A model generated the notes under the pieces. That model did no database searches. It was not told the DNA's origin and worked only from the letters and a program-made list of their open reading frames with translations. Both the position numbers and the translations under genes were made by a program. A DNA stretch of 63,966 nt, the filler included, from Octopus bimaculoides (Eukaryota): NCBI RefSeq assembly GCF_001194135.2. It is 8 parts of 8 records of this genome, joined end to end, with 100 filler letters (N's around TTAATTAATTAA, not from the genome) between each part and the next. Parts side by side here need not be neighbours in the genome. Positions count along the whole stretch, not along the records: positions 18,319 to 37,939 come from NC_068992.1; positions 38,040 to 45,831 come from NC_068981.1; positions 45,932 to 51,375 come from NC_068984.1; 5 more parts are not named here. One strand, written 5' to 3'. Positions 35,942-48,759 of this stretch are shown in pieces (positions within the stretch are counted from its first letter, which is position 1; the number at the start of each line of letters is the position of its first letter).

Positions 35942-36724
35942 AAAAACATTTCCAAAGGCAAGTGAAGGAACACAGCACACTGATACCTTAAATGGAATCA
36001 AACTGGATGGCCATTATCCTAAAAGCATCAACGACTTCGTAAAAACCATTCCTAAAATCCATGTTTTGGAATCCAAATTTCTTAAAAGTATTTGTTCAGT
36101 CGAGATGACAATCATTTTTCTTGTTAAAGATAATGGCCGTGGTTAATGGTGATAGATGGAGATTGATGTTGATGCTATTGTTGGTGTTGGTTGATGTTAG
36201 TGTTTGATATTGGCTGATGGTGATTTATAATTAACGAAGTTAGTTTTATGGTGAGTGACGGTGTTTAATACTGACTAATCGGGACTGAGAATGACTGCTT
36301 GAGTTTGATTTTGGTTGTTGCTTCTTAATGCTGACTAATATTGACTGAAAGTTGTTACTAGAGATTAATGCTGATTCACGATGGTTATTAGTGGTTAATG
36401 ATTTACAATGGTTGCTGCAGGTGATTCATGCTGACGGTAATTGCTCGTCACTGGCAGTAATCAATGATGGTTGATGGTGGTTGATAGTGATTTCAGGCGT
36501 TGCATTTTGATCGACGTTGATTGATGATAGTTGATATTGAATGATGATTTAGCCACGTATGAACATCAGAGAGCCAGCAGCAGTAGAATTTCTTCGCTAC
36601 TGCCCCTGCAACTCACCCTCACCAAGCTTTCAGTCATACTGTAACATTTCTTATTCTTCACTCGATCTAGGACGCTGGATGTGCCTCGGCGAGTGATTGT
36701 AACAAGCATGCAGATTAAAAGTAA

Positions 36725-36733
36725 ATAATAATG

Positions 36734-36808
<75 letters not shown>
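36725..36808. repeat. (AAT)n
   Basis: Direct reading. Confidence 0.95.
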
Positions 36809-36810
<2 letters not shown>

Positions 36811-37906
36811 TTCATATTTCGACACAAGGCCAGCAGTTTTTGAACAGGTACAGAATATAAACAAAATNNNNNNNNNNNNNNNNNNNNNNNNNNNNNNNNN
36901 NNNNNNNNNNNNNNNNNNNNNNNNNNNNNNNNNNNNNNNNNNNNNNNNNNNNNNNNNNNNNNNNNNNNNNNNNNNNNNNNNNNNNNNNNNNNNNNNNNNN
37001 NNNNNNNNNNNNNNNNNNNNNNNNTGTTTTAATTCTGTTTGAAACGCTGTTGTTTATGCTTGTGTTTATGCATCTGCGTGTATTTAGGAACTTTTCCCTA
37101 TACAATTATTTCCAATTCTTATTTATAGCATCTATATTCTATAGAGCTTATTGTGCGTTAATGTGTTCAGTAAAATAATGGAAAGGAACTAAAATTTTAT
37201 ATTTCCAAAAGTAAAGATTTTATATCAGTACTTTCAGCGTTGCCTTTCTTTTCCACATTCCATGCCAATATTATTTATTTCCATTAAATACTGTTTCTCT
37301 ACACCAGTTCAATACATAGCTTAAATAGCCTGTAGTAACCTGCTGGCATTCTCATATAGCTAACAAATATTTCGGTTTTGGATTTGGTTTGCAAGATTCT
37401 TTATATGAGTTCGTGTGTTGAAGCATATTCTGCTGTGTCTGGGGGGAGTCGTTCTCTTTTAGTGCCTTATAATTTAACACACTCAACGGTAAAAAAGAAA
37501 AAAAACAAAGAAATGGAAATTTTACCGATGAGTGTGTTAAATTATAAGGTACTAAAAGATATATTGTATGTATAAAATCATTCAGTAGTTAACTCCCATT
37601 ATGAATACATATATATGTATATGTTTGTGAGTATGTATGTATATTTGCTTAAATGTATATTTGAATGTGTTTGAGTGTATATATATGAGTATCTATTTAT
37701 CTACTCTCTATGTATATATATATGTGTGCGTGTATACGTATGTGTTTATGTCAGAAGCAAGACCCATCAAGTGGACAGTAGAACCTTACGTAAATAATTT
37801 CGCCGTTACAGTGCATACAAGCCTACTTGAGATGGCGAAGGCGCTTGTAATCGGACGACTTTAGGAGCGATGGACAACTAGCAAATCTGCCGTCTATTTT
37901 GATCAT

Positions 37907-37939
<33 letters not shown>

Positions 37940-37983
37940 NNNNNNNNNNNNNNNNNNNNNNNNNNNNNNNNNNNNNNNNNNNN

Positions 37984-37995
37984 TTAATTAATTAA
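37984..37995. other. Artificial scaffold linker TTAATTAATTAA
   Basis: Embedded in N runs. Confidence 0.9.
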
Positions 37996-38192
37996 NNNNN
38001 NNNNNNNNNNNNNNNNNNNNNNNNNNNNNNNNNNNNNNNCGGGTAATACCTTTTTCATGTCTTTCTTCCATTTATGAAAATATACAACTGACAATAAAAA
38101 GCAATTTTTTGTGTATTTGGTAGCAACCTGATATACACAAGTAACTCACATATTCTCTCTTTCGAATCGATTTTCAGTTAATTACATTTCGT

Positions 38193-38235
<43 letters not shown>

Positions 38236-39494
38236 GTTTGCATTATTTTTCACGGACTGTTCATGCTATTGTTTTAGCATCACCATGCGTTTGTGAATAA
38301 ATTATTTCTGTATCTTTCACAGAATATGTTCTTTAGCACCCATTCGACAATGTACCTTACGCTTGTATCTTGCGATTCTAAAACACAGATATTGTTTACC
38401 CTTGCTGGGCAATTCTTCAGCTTTCAATGATTTGCACAAATATTTTCAGATCTATGAGCACTTAATGGTAACCGCACCCGCTACATATCTTGTAACATTA
38501 TAATTTGTGTATACATGTAATACATAAAACTGAAATTGTGTTGCTGAATAGCAAAACAATTTAAGTTTTATAAATTGCTTGTATACAAAAATAATTTACG
38601 ATTAATAGTTGATACGATATTTCAGAATGAAGTAATGCCTCACAAACACTTAATAAAATAAATGAAAACTATATTAAACATCTATAAATAATTAAATACA
38701 CATTGTTCAATGGTGATAAAAGTGCTAAAGTACCATAAAGACCATGTAAACAAAAACAATTTGCTAACTTCCTGGTTTCTTTAATTAAAATACACACTGA
38801 AATATTTGTTGTTTCCATAAAATAAACGATTGTAGAAATTTAATATTTACGTTTAAAGAAACATTTCCACAACGTAAAGTTTGAAAATCCACTTTTAATT
38901 TTGCATATACTGTTCTAAAAAATAGTTTACCAAGTGAACATTTGGACCACAAATGAACATTGATTTCATACAATTTAATGATCGAAACGTGTAGATAACA
39001 ATAAATGCCAATTTATGACATTTGTTTTACGTATTTAGTGGTTGCTAATAATGGGCTATATACGAAGAAAAATACTTAAATTTATATTTGATTTGGTTTA
39101 TAAACGACTTGTCTTACGCATACGTATCTGAATAATTAGTTATTTTGAATCGCCTGTCAGCTATGATTTTGTTTCTTTGATGTGCTAATAAATGTAAACG
39201 TATAACGTTCCTTTATATGCGTATAAATTTCGTTGCTTGCATCACGGAGTTCATTTCTTTTTTTAATTCTTTCTTCTGTCCTTGGCAGAAAAGATAATCA
39301 GATGTTTCTCCAAGAGGTTTCTGTTTCAAGACAAGCAGCACACAATGCAACAAGCACGTGATTGTTTTTCTCATTCGTACAATATATCGTACGTTTAAAA
39401 AAAAAAAAAAGGTGGAAGATCACCCCTGCAATCCTTATTCGATTGCACTTTCCATAATTCTTTATTTCCATCCACATACTCCACGTAATTCCAA

Positions 39495-39828
39495 TACAAC
39501 GTCGGTTACGACATGTGGCTGAGTTCTCCACAGACACGTGTACCTTTAACGTAGTTCTCGGGGAGATTCAGCGTGACACATAGTGTGACAAGGCTGGCTC
39601 TTTGAAATAGAGGTACAACAGAAACGGGAAGAAAGCATGAGAGAAAGTTGTGGTGAAAGAGCACAGCAGGATTCGGCACCAACCACTGCCGGAGTCTCCT
39701 GGAGCTTTAGGTGCTTTCGCCTAATAAACACTCACAACGCCCGGCCTGGGAATCGAAACCGCGAACCTATGACCGCGAACCTACGACCGCGAGTCCGCCG
39801 CCCTAACTACCGGGCCATTGCGCCTTCA
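39495..39828 (-). mobile_element. SINE family C, near full length
   Basis: Minus-strand head tgaaggcgcaatggcccggtagttaggg, B box ggtttcgattcc, body aactacgttaaaggtacacgtgtctgtgg. Confidence 0.85.
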
Positions 39829-39857
39829 CACAACAATTTAACTTAATAACGTTTTCA

Positions 39858-40061
39858 ATTTTTTGCACAAAGCCAGCAATATCAGGGGAGGGGGATAAGT
39901 GGAATACATTTATCCCAGTATTCAATTGCTACTTTTATCGTACCAGAAAGGATGAATGGCTAAGTCGACCTTGGCAGAATTTTAAATCTGAAGAGAAAGA
40001 CTGACGAAATACCGCTAAGCATTCTTCCATGCGCACAAAAGAATCTGCTACGTCACCGCCT
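39858..40061 (-). mobile_element. SINE family B, diverged
   Basis: aagtcgaccttggcagaattt...gacgaaataccgctaagcatt...gtcaccgcct. Confidence 0.75.
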
Positions 40062-40090
40062 CAATTCAACTTCACACTATTTTCCAGCAA

Positions 40091-40458
40091 TTGAGGCGCA
40101 ATGACCCAGTGGTTAAGACATCGGACTCACACTCGTAGCATCGCGGTTTCGAGCGTCGTGAGTCATTATTGAGCGAAAACACCTAAAGCTCCACGGGGCC
40201 CCGGCAGTGGGGTGGTGACGAACCCCGCTGTACTCTTTCACCACAAATTTCTCTCCCACTTTCTTCCTGTTTCTGTTGTACCTGTATTTGAAAGGGCCAG
40301 TCTTGTCACACTGTCTCACGCTGAATCTACTCGAGAACTACGTTAAAAGTACACATGTCTGTGGAGTGCTCGGTCACTTACACGTTAATTTCACGAGCAG
40401 GCTGTTCCGTTTATCAGATCAACCGGAACCCTCGTCCTCGTAATCGACCAAGTGCCAC
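40091..40458 (+). mobile_element. SINE family C, near full length
   Basis: ttgaggcgcaatgacccagtggttaag...gagaactacgttaa...ttaatttcacgagcaggctgttccg...agtgcc. Confidence 0.85.
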
Positions 40459-41434
40459 GATTTTCCATCAACCCCTTTAAAATATTCTCAGTTATGGTGC
40501 AAATTTTAAGTTCTTTCACTTTAAATCTACGCTGCTTCTGTAACCACATTTCACCATATTCGTATCTTTCATTAAACTTACAATTTTAAATATTATTTCC
40601 TTATTGTTACAATAATCTAATTATTCTGGTAACTGTCAAAAAATACATACACCCAAAGGACATCCACTGACCTCATTGTGTATCTTATAGCCTTAAATCC
40701 ATGTATATAAATTACATCATATTCAGCTGATTTATAACCATATACTTATATTTCCTCTCCCTCATTTCTGGTTGGTCATTCTAATTTATTTGCCACGCTG
40801 TCGCTATTCTACACGTGATCTTCTTCCCATCCTTCTGGTTATCATCCCGCCTGTCTACACTAACACGTGTAATTCCTTTCCACAACCCTTGTCATATTCT
40901 TTAGTATCAATCTATCTCCCACTTAACAAGACATTATGACCTCACTCAAGTCCAGATATCAATCCATGGACTTTGCTATGTAGTCCATCTTAGAGACTAA
41001 TGTTTCTGCTCGCTCCTAGACAAACGTGTCAGATCTGAAGAGAATCTTTTTGTTTTCATGGGTCAAGTTAGATGAAGAGTTGGTACGACACTCATGTAAC
41101 TCAGTGATTGCCCGTTTGCAGAATATAACCAACGCGAAACGTGTGTGCCAAATTTCATAATCCTACCTTAAGTTTATTTTGAATAATAAAGAAACATCAA
41201 TGAGTGAATCTTTCTGGGTTAGGGTTAGGCTTATGTGTATACACACCACACACACACACACACACACACACACACNNNNNNNNNNNNNNNNNNNNNNNNN
41301 NNNNNNNNNNNNNNNNNNNNNNNNNNNNNNNNNNNNNNNNNNNNNNNNNNNNNNNNNNNNNNNNNNNNNNNNNNNNNNNNNNNNNNNTATATATATATAT
41401 ATATATATAAATATACAAACACATGCACATACAC

Positions 41435-41468
<34 letters not shown>

Positions 41469-42360
41469 TACGCGTAAATAATTATTTGTCACTTCATGTA
41501 TTCTCATACATTACTTATTTCCTATATAACTGCGTTCTTCAAAATGATTTATCTCGGTTGCGTCAGAAGAATTTCTTTACTTTCCACATAAATATAAATA
41601 AGCATATTGTATGTTTATATGTTTTCATTTTGCAAGAGTCCTATTTTGTATCACAACATAACAGGATCAAGAAGTTATTTAAACGATATGATATTTTCTC
41701 CATTTGTTCAATAAATATATTTTCATTTTAACATTGAGAAATCGTGATAGAATTTTAGAATATATTTGAAGTATATATCAAATTTACTAACAGGATTTAA
41801 AATATATTAACAATTTTATTATAAATCAAATTTATGAAACACACACATACAGATTAATATTTACGTATAGATATATGAGTGGGAGAATGTGTTTATACAT
41901 ATATGAATTATTACAAGAAGCTGTTACCTATCCGCTACGCAGACTTGAATTGGAGAAAGTTAAGTCGTTAGACAATGTGCAACATTCTTTACATGGTTCG
42001 ATCTCCATTTAAAATACTCTTCCCTTGGTGCTCAACAGAAATGGCCAAATCAATTTTTTCTTTCCCTCCGGGTTAGTCCCACTTGATGAATAACTAACTG
42101 GAGGCTGTTCTCTGGTGCCACCCTTGTATCTCTCAAACCGCTTTTTTCCATTTTCTTGTTATATTAATGACTGTCACTACTCCATATACAGGGAAGAAAA
42201 TCTGCGACAGTCGAACTCCGCTAGTCAAATGTGGTGCATCCTATTATTTCACCTTGCAATCCCTCAAATGGCCTTTATATCTTGCACTCTTCCATTCAAA
42301 CATTGGTCACTCAATTCTTCAAAAACACCTTTATATTTGTTGAATATCATTTTCTCAGAC

Positions 42361-42566
42361 GAAGGCGGCGAGCTGGCAGAGCGAAATGCTTGGTGGTATT
42401 TTGTCAGTCATCACGTTCTGAGTTCAAATTCCGCCGAGGTCGACGTTGCCTTACATCATTTCGGTGGCCAACTAAATAAGTACCAGTTACGCACTGGAGT
42501 CGATGTAATCGATTTCATTCCATGCTTCAAATTTCAGGCCTCTTGCCTACAGTAGAAAGGATTATT
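42361..42566 (+). mobile_element. SINE family B
   Basis: gaaggcggcgagctggcagag...ctgagttcaaattccgccgaggtcgac...aagtaccagtt. Confidence 0.85.
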
Positions 42567-43325
42567 TTCTCAGGCAACAGAACTACAACAAACATCAGTT
42601 TTCTGAATTATCTTGGCAAATAACAGCCTTCACCTTAGGTAAAGCTTCATATTCCATAATTAGAATTATTACAAATGAAGCAGAAGGTCGACGAGATTTT
42701 CACCCTTCTTCACGAACGTAATTGATGGTCTTGTTCTCCCAATTATACAAATATTTTCAAACACTTTTTGCACCAGGCATAAGCAAAATACATCAGCAGA
42801 TTTTCAGTGTGATATCTGCAAAGTTTAGGCGTGAGTGTTGCTGTACATTATGTCAAGATATGTATCAAAGCCGTCTTTGACCACAAAGCCTACGGTATTG
42901 GTTCTCCCTCAAACTTCGTTCCGTCGGGTGTGTCATAGTATTGGGTATTGTTGGATGTCCAATTATATATTTATGCTCCTTTTGCAACTTTCCTTTCCAT
43001 GAAAAAAATCTCTCATGTATTGTTATTCAGTTCAAAACTGATGTGTTTTGATCCACTAATGGATATCCGTGAACACATGATAATCATTCCTTTGATTTAG
43101 GATGAATATAGGAGTGGTCTAGCATTGCATTTAGTAATCTACAAGAGACCCTTTTTATTAACGAAATCTAATCAGACTCCTATCAGATTATTGATTTTAT
43201 ACATTTATCTATTGATTCCCCTCTCCCCAGATTATCTGACTGCCTGGTGATTTTCAGACAATCGGCTAGCATAGAATGCTAAATTTCTTGAGAGAAATTA
43301 TTATGTATCAGTTCGTAGTTATGTA

Positions 43326-43628
43326 TGAGAGTTTATTGAGCGAAAACACTTAAAGCTCCACGAGGCTCGGGCAGGGGGTGAAGGAAGCGAACCCTGCTGT
43401 ACTCTTTCACCACAACCTTCTCTCACTCTTTCTTCCTGTTTCTGTTGTACCTATATTTAAAAAGACCGGCCTTATTCACACTGTGTGTCACTCTGAATAT
43501 CTCCGAGAACTACGTTAAAGGTTCGCGTGCCTGTGAAATGCTCAGAAACTTGCACGTTAATTTCATGAGTAGGCTGTTCAGTTGATTGGATCAACTGGAA
43601 CCCTCGTCGTTGTAACCGACGGAGTGCC
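43326..43628 (+). mobile_element. SINE family C, 5' truncated
   Basis: gagtttattgagcgaaaacacttaaagctccacg...gatcaactggaaccctcgtcgttgtaaccgacggagtgcc. Confidence 0.85.
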
Positions 43629-45034
43629 GTAGTAATAACGTAGGTAGACACTAATTGAATATACATGTTATGAGTTCGTTTTCAAACTTCAACTTCTAAA
43701 CCTCTGATCCAGAAGTTATTTCTGCAATTACTACATTCTGTGTAAGTAAAATATATATACATTTTAATCGCATAGAAAATTCATTCCAAATGATTTTCCT
43801 TGGTATAAAATAAAACACAAAACAATGCATTGAACTATGAGGTAGTAACTAGAAGTAAAACCGTAAATGCTAGTATATATATATATATATATATTTCCCA
43901 TGAGTTATCGAGAATATTACAACTGAGAATGTGTTTCTTTGCACATGAATAGCACATTCCAATATCTTTTATTTTGATTTTACATTTTGTGAGCAAAACA
44001 TAGAAGCCATACAGCAGGTTTGATATTTTAATGCTGATATTGTTTTTTACGTAATGTTTCTTATCAAACTTTGTTTTCAAAATAGGCTTGAATGGATGTA
44101 TTTCTGCCTAATAGAATTAGAAATCTGTAGAATACGAAATAGAAGATATGGCCTTAAAATATAGTGAAAGAAAACTGTCGCTAATATGCAGAAAGAAAGA
44201 TATTTAGCTTCCATTAATGGAATAGTCAATGAATACAGTATTATCAATGTATTAAACAAGACCGGACATGTCCATTTCTATTATATAAGTGTCCGTGATT
44301 TTATCCAAGTTAAGAAAACATCAACACAATTCAGATTATTACAGTAGGTTCTTAGGTAGTGCTATTCCTAATTTTATTATCAAAAGCTCTGTTCGCAGTA
44401 GAGGAAATAGTTATTTCCTGCTGATGGGAACTAAGGAATTTGCACCTAGTAGAACATTACGTAAAAGCTCCTTATGTAACATAAAACAGGCATATAGCTA
44501 TTCCTGTAAAATAGTTTTAGCCATCACGTGTAGCATGTTTAACTCTGTGTGACTCAAAAATACAAAAAGAAAAACAATATTTGCTTTTACTGAAGGGTCG
44601 TCTACATTGGTCGTCTCCGATTTTATCCCTGCATATATCGCTCATTACAAATATTAGTAAGGAAGTTCCTACATCAAGTAGATCAATAACAACAGTGTAA
44701 AAGAGCCATGCAGAATTTATGAAAGTCATATATTTTACACGGGATTATAAAAACAAAAAGGTTAAACTAACGTATATACACATATACCTACGTTCTTCTC
44801 AGGAATCATCATTTAAAGATACACAAATATTATCATACTCATATACGATTATTTCCTGTTATGAATTTTCAAAACTTACTTTCGTTGCGCTTCTGCGAAA
44901 GTGTCACTGACACGGAATATGTGCACTGGTATAGTGACATTGCCATTGAATTTTCGAAAATAGTAGTAAACGTGACAGTTTTGTGCATTATTAAATGTCT
45001 AAATATTGCTTTCCTGAGGTGCAGTTTCGTGTTT

Positions 45035-45094
<60 letters not shown>

Positions 45095-45156
45095 NNNNNN
45101 NNNNNNNNNNNNNNNNNNNNNNNNNNNNNNNNNNNNNNNNNNNNNNNNNNNNNNNN

Positions 45157-45195
<39 letters not shown>

Positions 45196-45261
45196 ATATA
45201 TATAACACTTTTATTCGTTTCAATCATGTGGCAGAGGTCATGCTGGAGCACCACCATGGCC

Positions 45262-45600
45262 TTTCTGTCTTCCTTAGTCTGGGTGTTTCACATCACCACT
45301 CCTGTATATGACTTTTTTCCCAGCCCTTCGTACATTTGGTGTATAAGGCAGATTGATTCAGTTGCCCTTGTCTGCACGTCGTGTCGGGCTATTGGTTCAT
45401 CCGGTATTGTGGAGAGGAGGATTTCTAGTTCCTTTTTGAAGACATCTACTTCCATCTTATACAGATCTCTTAATATTTGTGGTAGGACCTGGAAGAGCTG
45501 TGGGCCATTGAACTCTAGACTATTGCAGTACCAGGACCTGAATTTAGATTGAATGGACGGTATCATTGGTACAATACAATAGCGGCCAGTTCTCACATCT
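45262..45600 (-). pseudogene. CR1-group LINE ORF2 C-terminus and 3' end
   Basis: RTGRYCIVPMIPSIQSKFRSWYCNSLEFNGPQLFQVLPQILRDLYKMEVDVFKKELEILLSTIPDEP; homologous to 62751-63086. Confidence 0.8.
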
Positions 45601-45875
45601 TTTTCCCCTCCATTTTTATATAATTATTTATGGCATGTCTATACATATAACGAGATTTTTCAACTACTGTTTTCATATTCTTATTACATGCTCTGGCAGT
45701 TCCTTTTATGAATATCAGGAATCTTTTTTAGAAATCATTCTTTCTCTATTTTTGGACCTCTCAAAAAGTTTGAATTGTTCTTTCTTGAACTTATTTTTCC
45801 CCACATATGATATATATGTGTGTGTATATATNNNNNNNNNNNNNNNNNNNNNNNNNNNNNNNNNNNNNNNNNNNN

Positions 45876-45887
45876 TTAATTAATTAA
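45876..45887. other. Artificial scaffold linker TTAATTAATTAA
   Basis: Embedded in N runs. Confidence 0.9.
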
Positions 45888-46569
45888 NNNNNNNNNNNNN
45901 NNNNNNNNNNNNNNNNNNNNNNNNNNNNNNNATCCATTTATTTAACAACAATGAAACAAAGAGGTATGTAACAATTTGTCAGTGAATTACACAATATAAA
46001 TGGGTAAAAGGCGATCTTACGATACCAGTGCCAAAGCTGTCACTTAACCCACGTGTGTTCATTTACATCACATCGGCCTTTTCCGTAAAAAGTGTTGGAG
46101 GGACAGAGGGAAACGACGTCGTAAAAGCGAAAGAGATAGAGAGAGCGCGATTTCTTTTGAAGTCGGCAAGTGTGTGTGTGTGTGTGTGTGTATATGTAAT
46201 GTTGCTGGTGTATGTATGTGTGTGTGAGAGAAAGAGAGAGAGAGAGATAACTGAAATTATTTTTATTTCCTTTTAATAGTGAGTATGCGAGACAGCGACT
46301 GTGGTGAAGTTCTTTTGTTAGTGTGAAACAGAGAGGTTATGTATGTATGTATGTATAAATGGCTACAGTGACACGCACACACGCGCAGGTTGTTACGTAT
46401 GTGTGTGTGTGTGTGTGTGTGTGTGAATGGATTCAGTGACACACACACACACACACACACACATAACAACCTGGGTGTGTGTGTCACTATAGCTACTCAT
46501 ACATACATACATACTTACATACATAACCGCTCTCTCTCACACTAACATACACACTTTTATGCTTTTATA

Positions 46570-46858
46570 GGCGCAGTCGTGGCTGTGTGGCTTAGAAGCT
46601 CGTTTTGCACCCCATGGTTTCGCGTTAAATCACACAGAACATCATCTTGGGCAAGTATATACTAGTAAGCCTCGGACTGATTCTTGCTTTGTGAGTGAAT
46701 TTGGTACACGGGAACTGTGTGGAAGACCGTAATAGTACGTATATATGTGTATGCCTATGAATGTGTGTGTGTTAGTGTTTGTGAATCTCTCTTCACCGCT
46801 CGACAACCAGTGCCAAGCTTTTTTACGTCTCCGTAGCTTCGTGATACGGTAAAAGAGA
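46570..46858 (+). mobile_element. SINE family A, diverged
   Basis: ggcgcagtcgtggctgtgtgg...gagtgaatttggtacacgggaactg...gctcgacaaccagtg. Confidence 0.75.
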
Positions 46859-46868
46859 NNNNNNNNNN

Positions 46869-46910
<42 letters not shown>

Positions 46911-48594
46911 GGTGATGTACTTGCATAGCAAGCAATCTGATCGGAGAACGTGTAGTGGAACGAAAACAATTGCACAGTTAGATTCGCTTGAACATTTAAA
47001 TTTAGTTTGCCAAAATGTTTTCGTCGCTTTGAGACCGCAGCCTGTTCACTGACAAAATTGCATGCTGCACGTTCAAGCGAATCTAACGGTTTTTGTGTGT
47101 TTCTTAAATGGCTTATAAACATCTTCCACGCTGCAATTGTTTATATATATATATATATATGTATGTATGTTCATATGATGATATCTCCACAATATGTTGA
47201 TGAGATAAACATGTAATGCTACCAAAATAGCAAGAGATTTCTCCCAAAAGGTCTAAAGTAGACTCCTTATCGATCGAACTCCTTGGTTATATATCAAAAA
47301 TTTAGATGAGAGTTTTGACGCTAATATGCATTATCATTGAAATTTATTCCTATGTCAACATTTCTATATAATTGAATTTCTGTATAATTGNNNNNNNNNN
47401 NNNNNNNNNNNNNNNNNNNNNNNNNNNNNNNNNNNNNNNNNNNNNNNNNNNNNNNNNNNNNNNNNNNNNNNNNNNNNNNNNNNNNNNNNNNNNNNNNNNN
47501 NNNNNNNNNNNNNNNNNNNNNNNNNNNNNNNNNNNNNNNNNNNNNNNNNNNNNNNNNNNNNNNNNNNNNNNNNNNNNNNNNNNNNNNNNNNNNNNNNNNN
47601 NNNNNNNNNNNNNNNNNNNNNNNNNNNNNNNNNNNNNNNNNNNNNNNNNNNNNNNNNNNNNNNNNNNNNNNNNNNNNNNNNNNNNNNNNNNNNNNNNNNN
47701 NNNNNNNNNNNNNNNNNNNNNNNNNNNNNNNNNNNNNNNNNNNNNNNNNNNNNNNNNNNNNNNNNNNNNNNNNNNNNNNNNNNNNNNNNNNNNNNNNNNN
47801 NNNNNNNNNNNNNNNNNNNNNNNNNNNNNNNNNNNNNNNNNNNNNNNNNNNNNNNNNNNNNNNNNNNNNNNNNNNNNNNNNNNNNNNNNNNNNNNNNNNN
47901 NNNNNNNNNNNNNNNNNNNNNNNNNNNNNNNNNNNNNNNNNNNNNNNNNNNNNNNNNNNNNNNNNNNNNNNNNNNNNNNNNNNNNNNNNNNNNNNNNNNN
48001 NNNNNNNNNNNNNNNNNNNNNNNNNNNNNNNNNNNNNNNNNNNNNNNNNNNNNNNNNNNNNNNNNNNNNNNNNNNNNNNNNNNNNNNNNNNNCTTTACAT
48101 TAATTCAATATTTACAATCACAAATTTTCCCTGCAAATTGAAATATTCAAAAATGGGTGGATCTTTTTCTCCTTGGCATTATGTTAATTAGTTGAATGTT
48201 TTACTGATTGTTTCATTAATGAATATATTAACGTCACATGTTACTTAATGTGTTCATTAAAGCAGATATAAAATAATTTTTGCACTATACACTACACACA
48301 TCAATACCGAAATGCAAATTTTCATGCTTTCGTTCAATTCTTGAGAATAGATTTTGTAACTGTTTCTGAACATACAATGCCTGCACCCAACCCAAAGAAA
48401 ATAACTTAATTAAGATTCACGTGTCTTTTCACATGTAAGTCAAAGACATATTTTCAAATTTAAGGAGCTTTGCCTTCCTTTTACAATTTTCTAACAGGCC
48501 ACTTTTATACCAACTTTAATTGTGCCTAACACCATAAAAGTTCATATCCATACTGGCTATACACATATTTGAGTATGGCTGAGGTCCGCCATAC

Positions 48595-48720
48595 AGAAAT
48601 ATATCTCCATACAATACAACATAGTTCATAAGTATATATCCATACAATACAACATAGTTCATAAATATATCTCCATACAATACAACATAGTTCATAAATA
48701 TATCCCCATACAAGATAGTT
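48595..48720. repeat. 33-bp minisatellite, about 3.5 copies
   Basis: Unit atatatctccatacaatacaacatagttcataa; mirrored by the 11-aa periodicity of the spurious ORFs 48516-48729. Confidence 0.9.
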
Positions 48721-48759
48721 CACATTCATACCGGCTATTTGAGTTATAGCCCCTAGGAT

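Noticed and set aside
36559-36696. 45-codon ATG ORF MNIREPAAVEFLRYCPCNSPSP
   Set aside because: No homology recognised and within chance expectation
41216-41229. gggttagggttagg
   Set aside because: Only two telomeric units with none of the MITE flanks; compatible with chance
48595-48720. CRISPR-like appearance of the 33-bp and 37-bp (55044) arrays
   Set aside because: Contiguous tandem units without unique spacers, eukaryotic context and no cas genes
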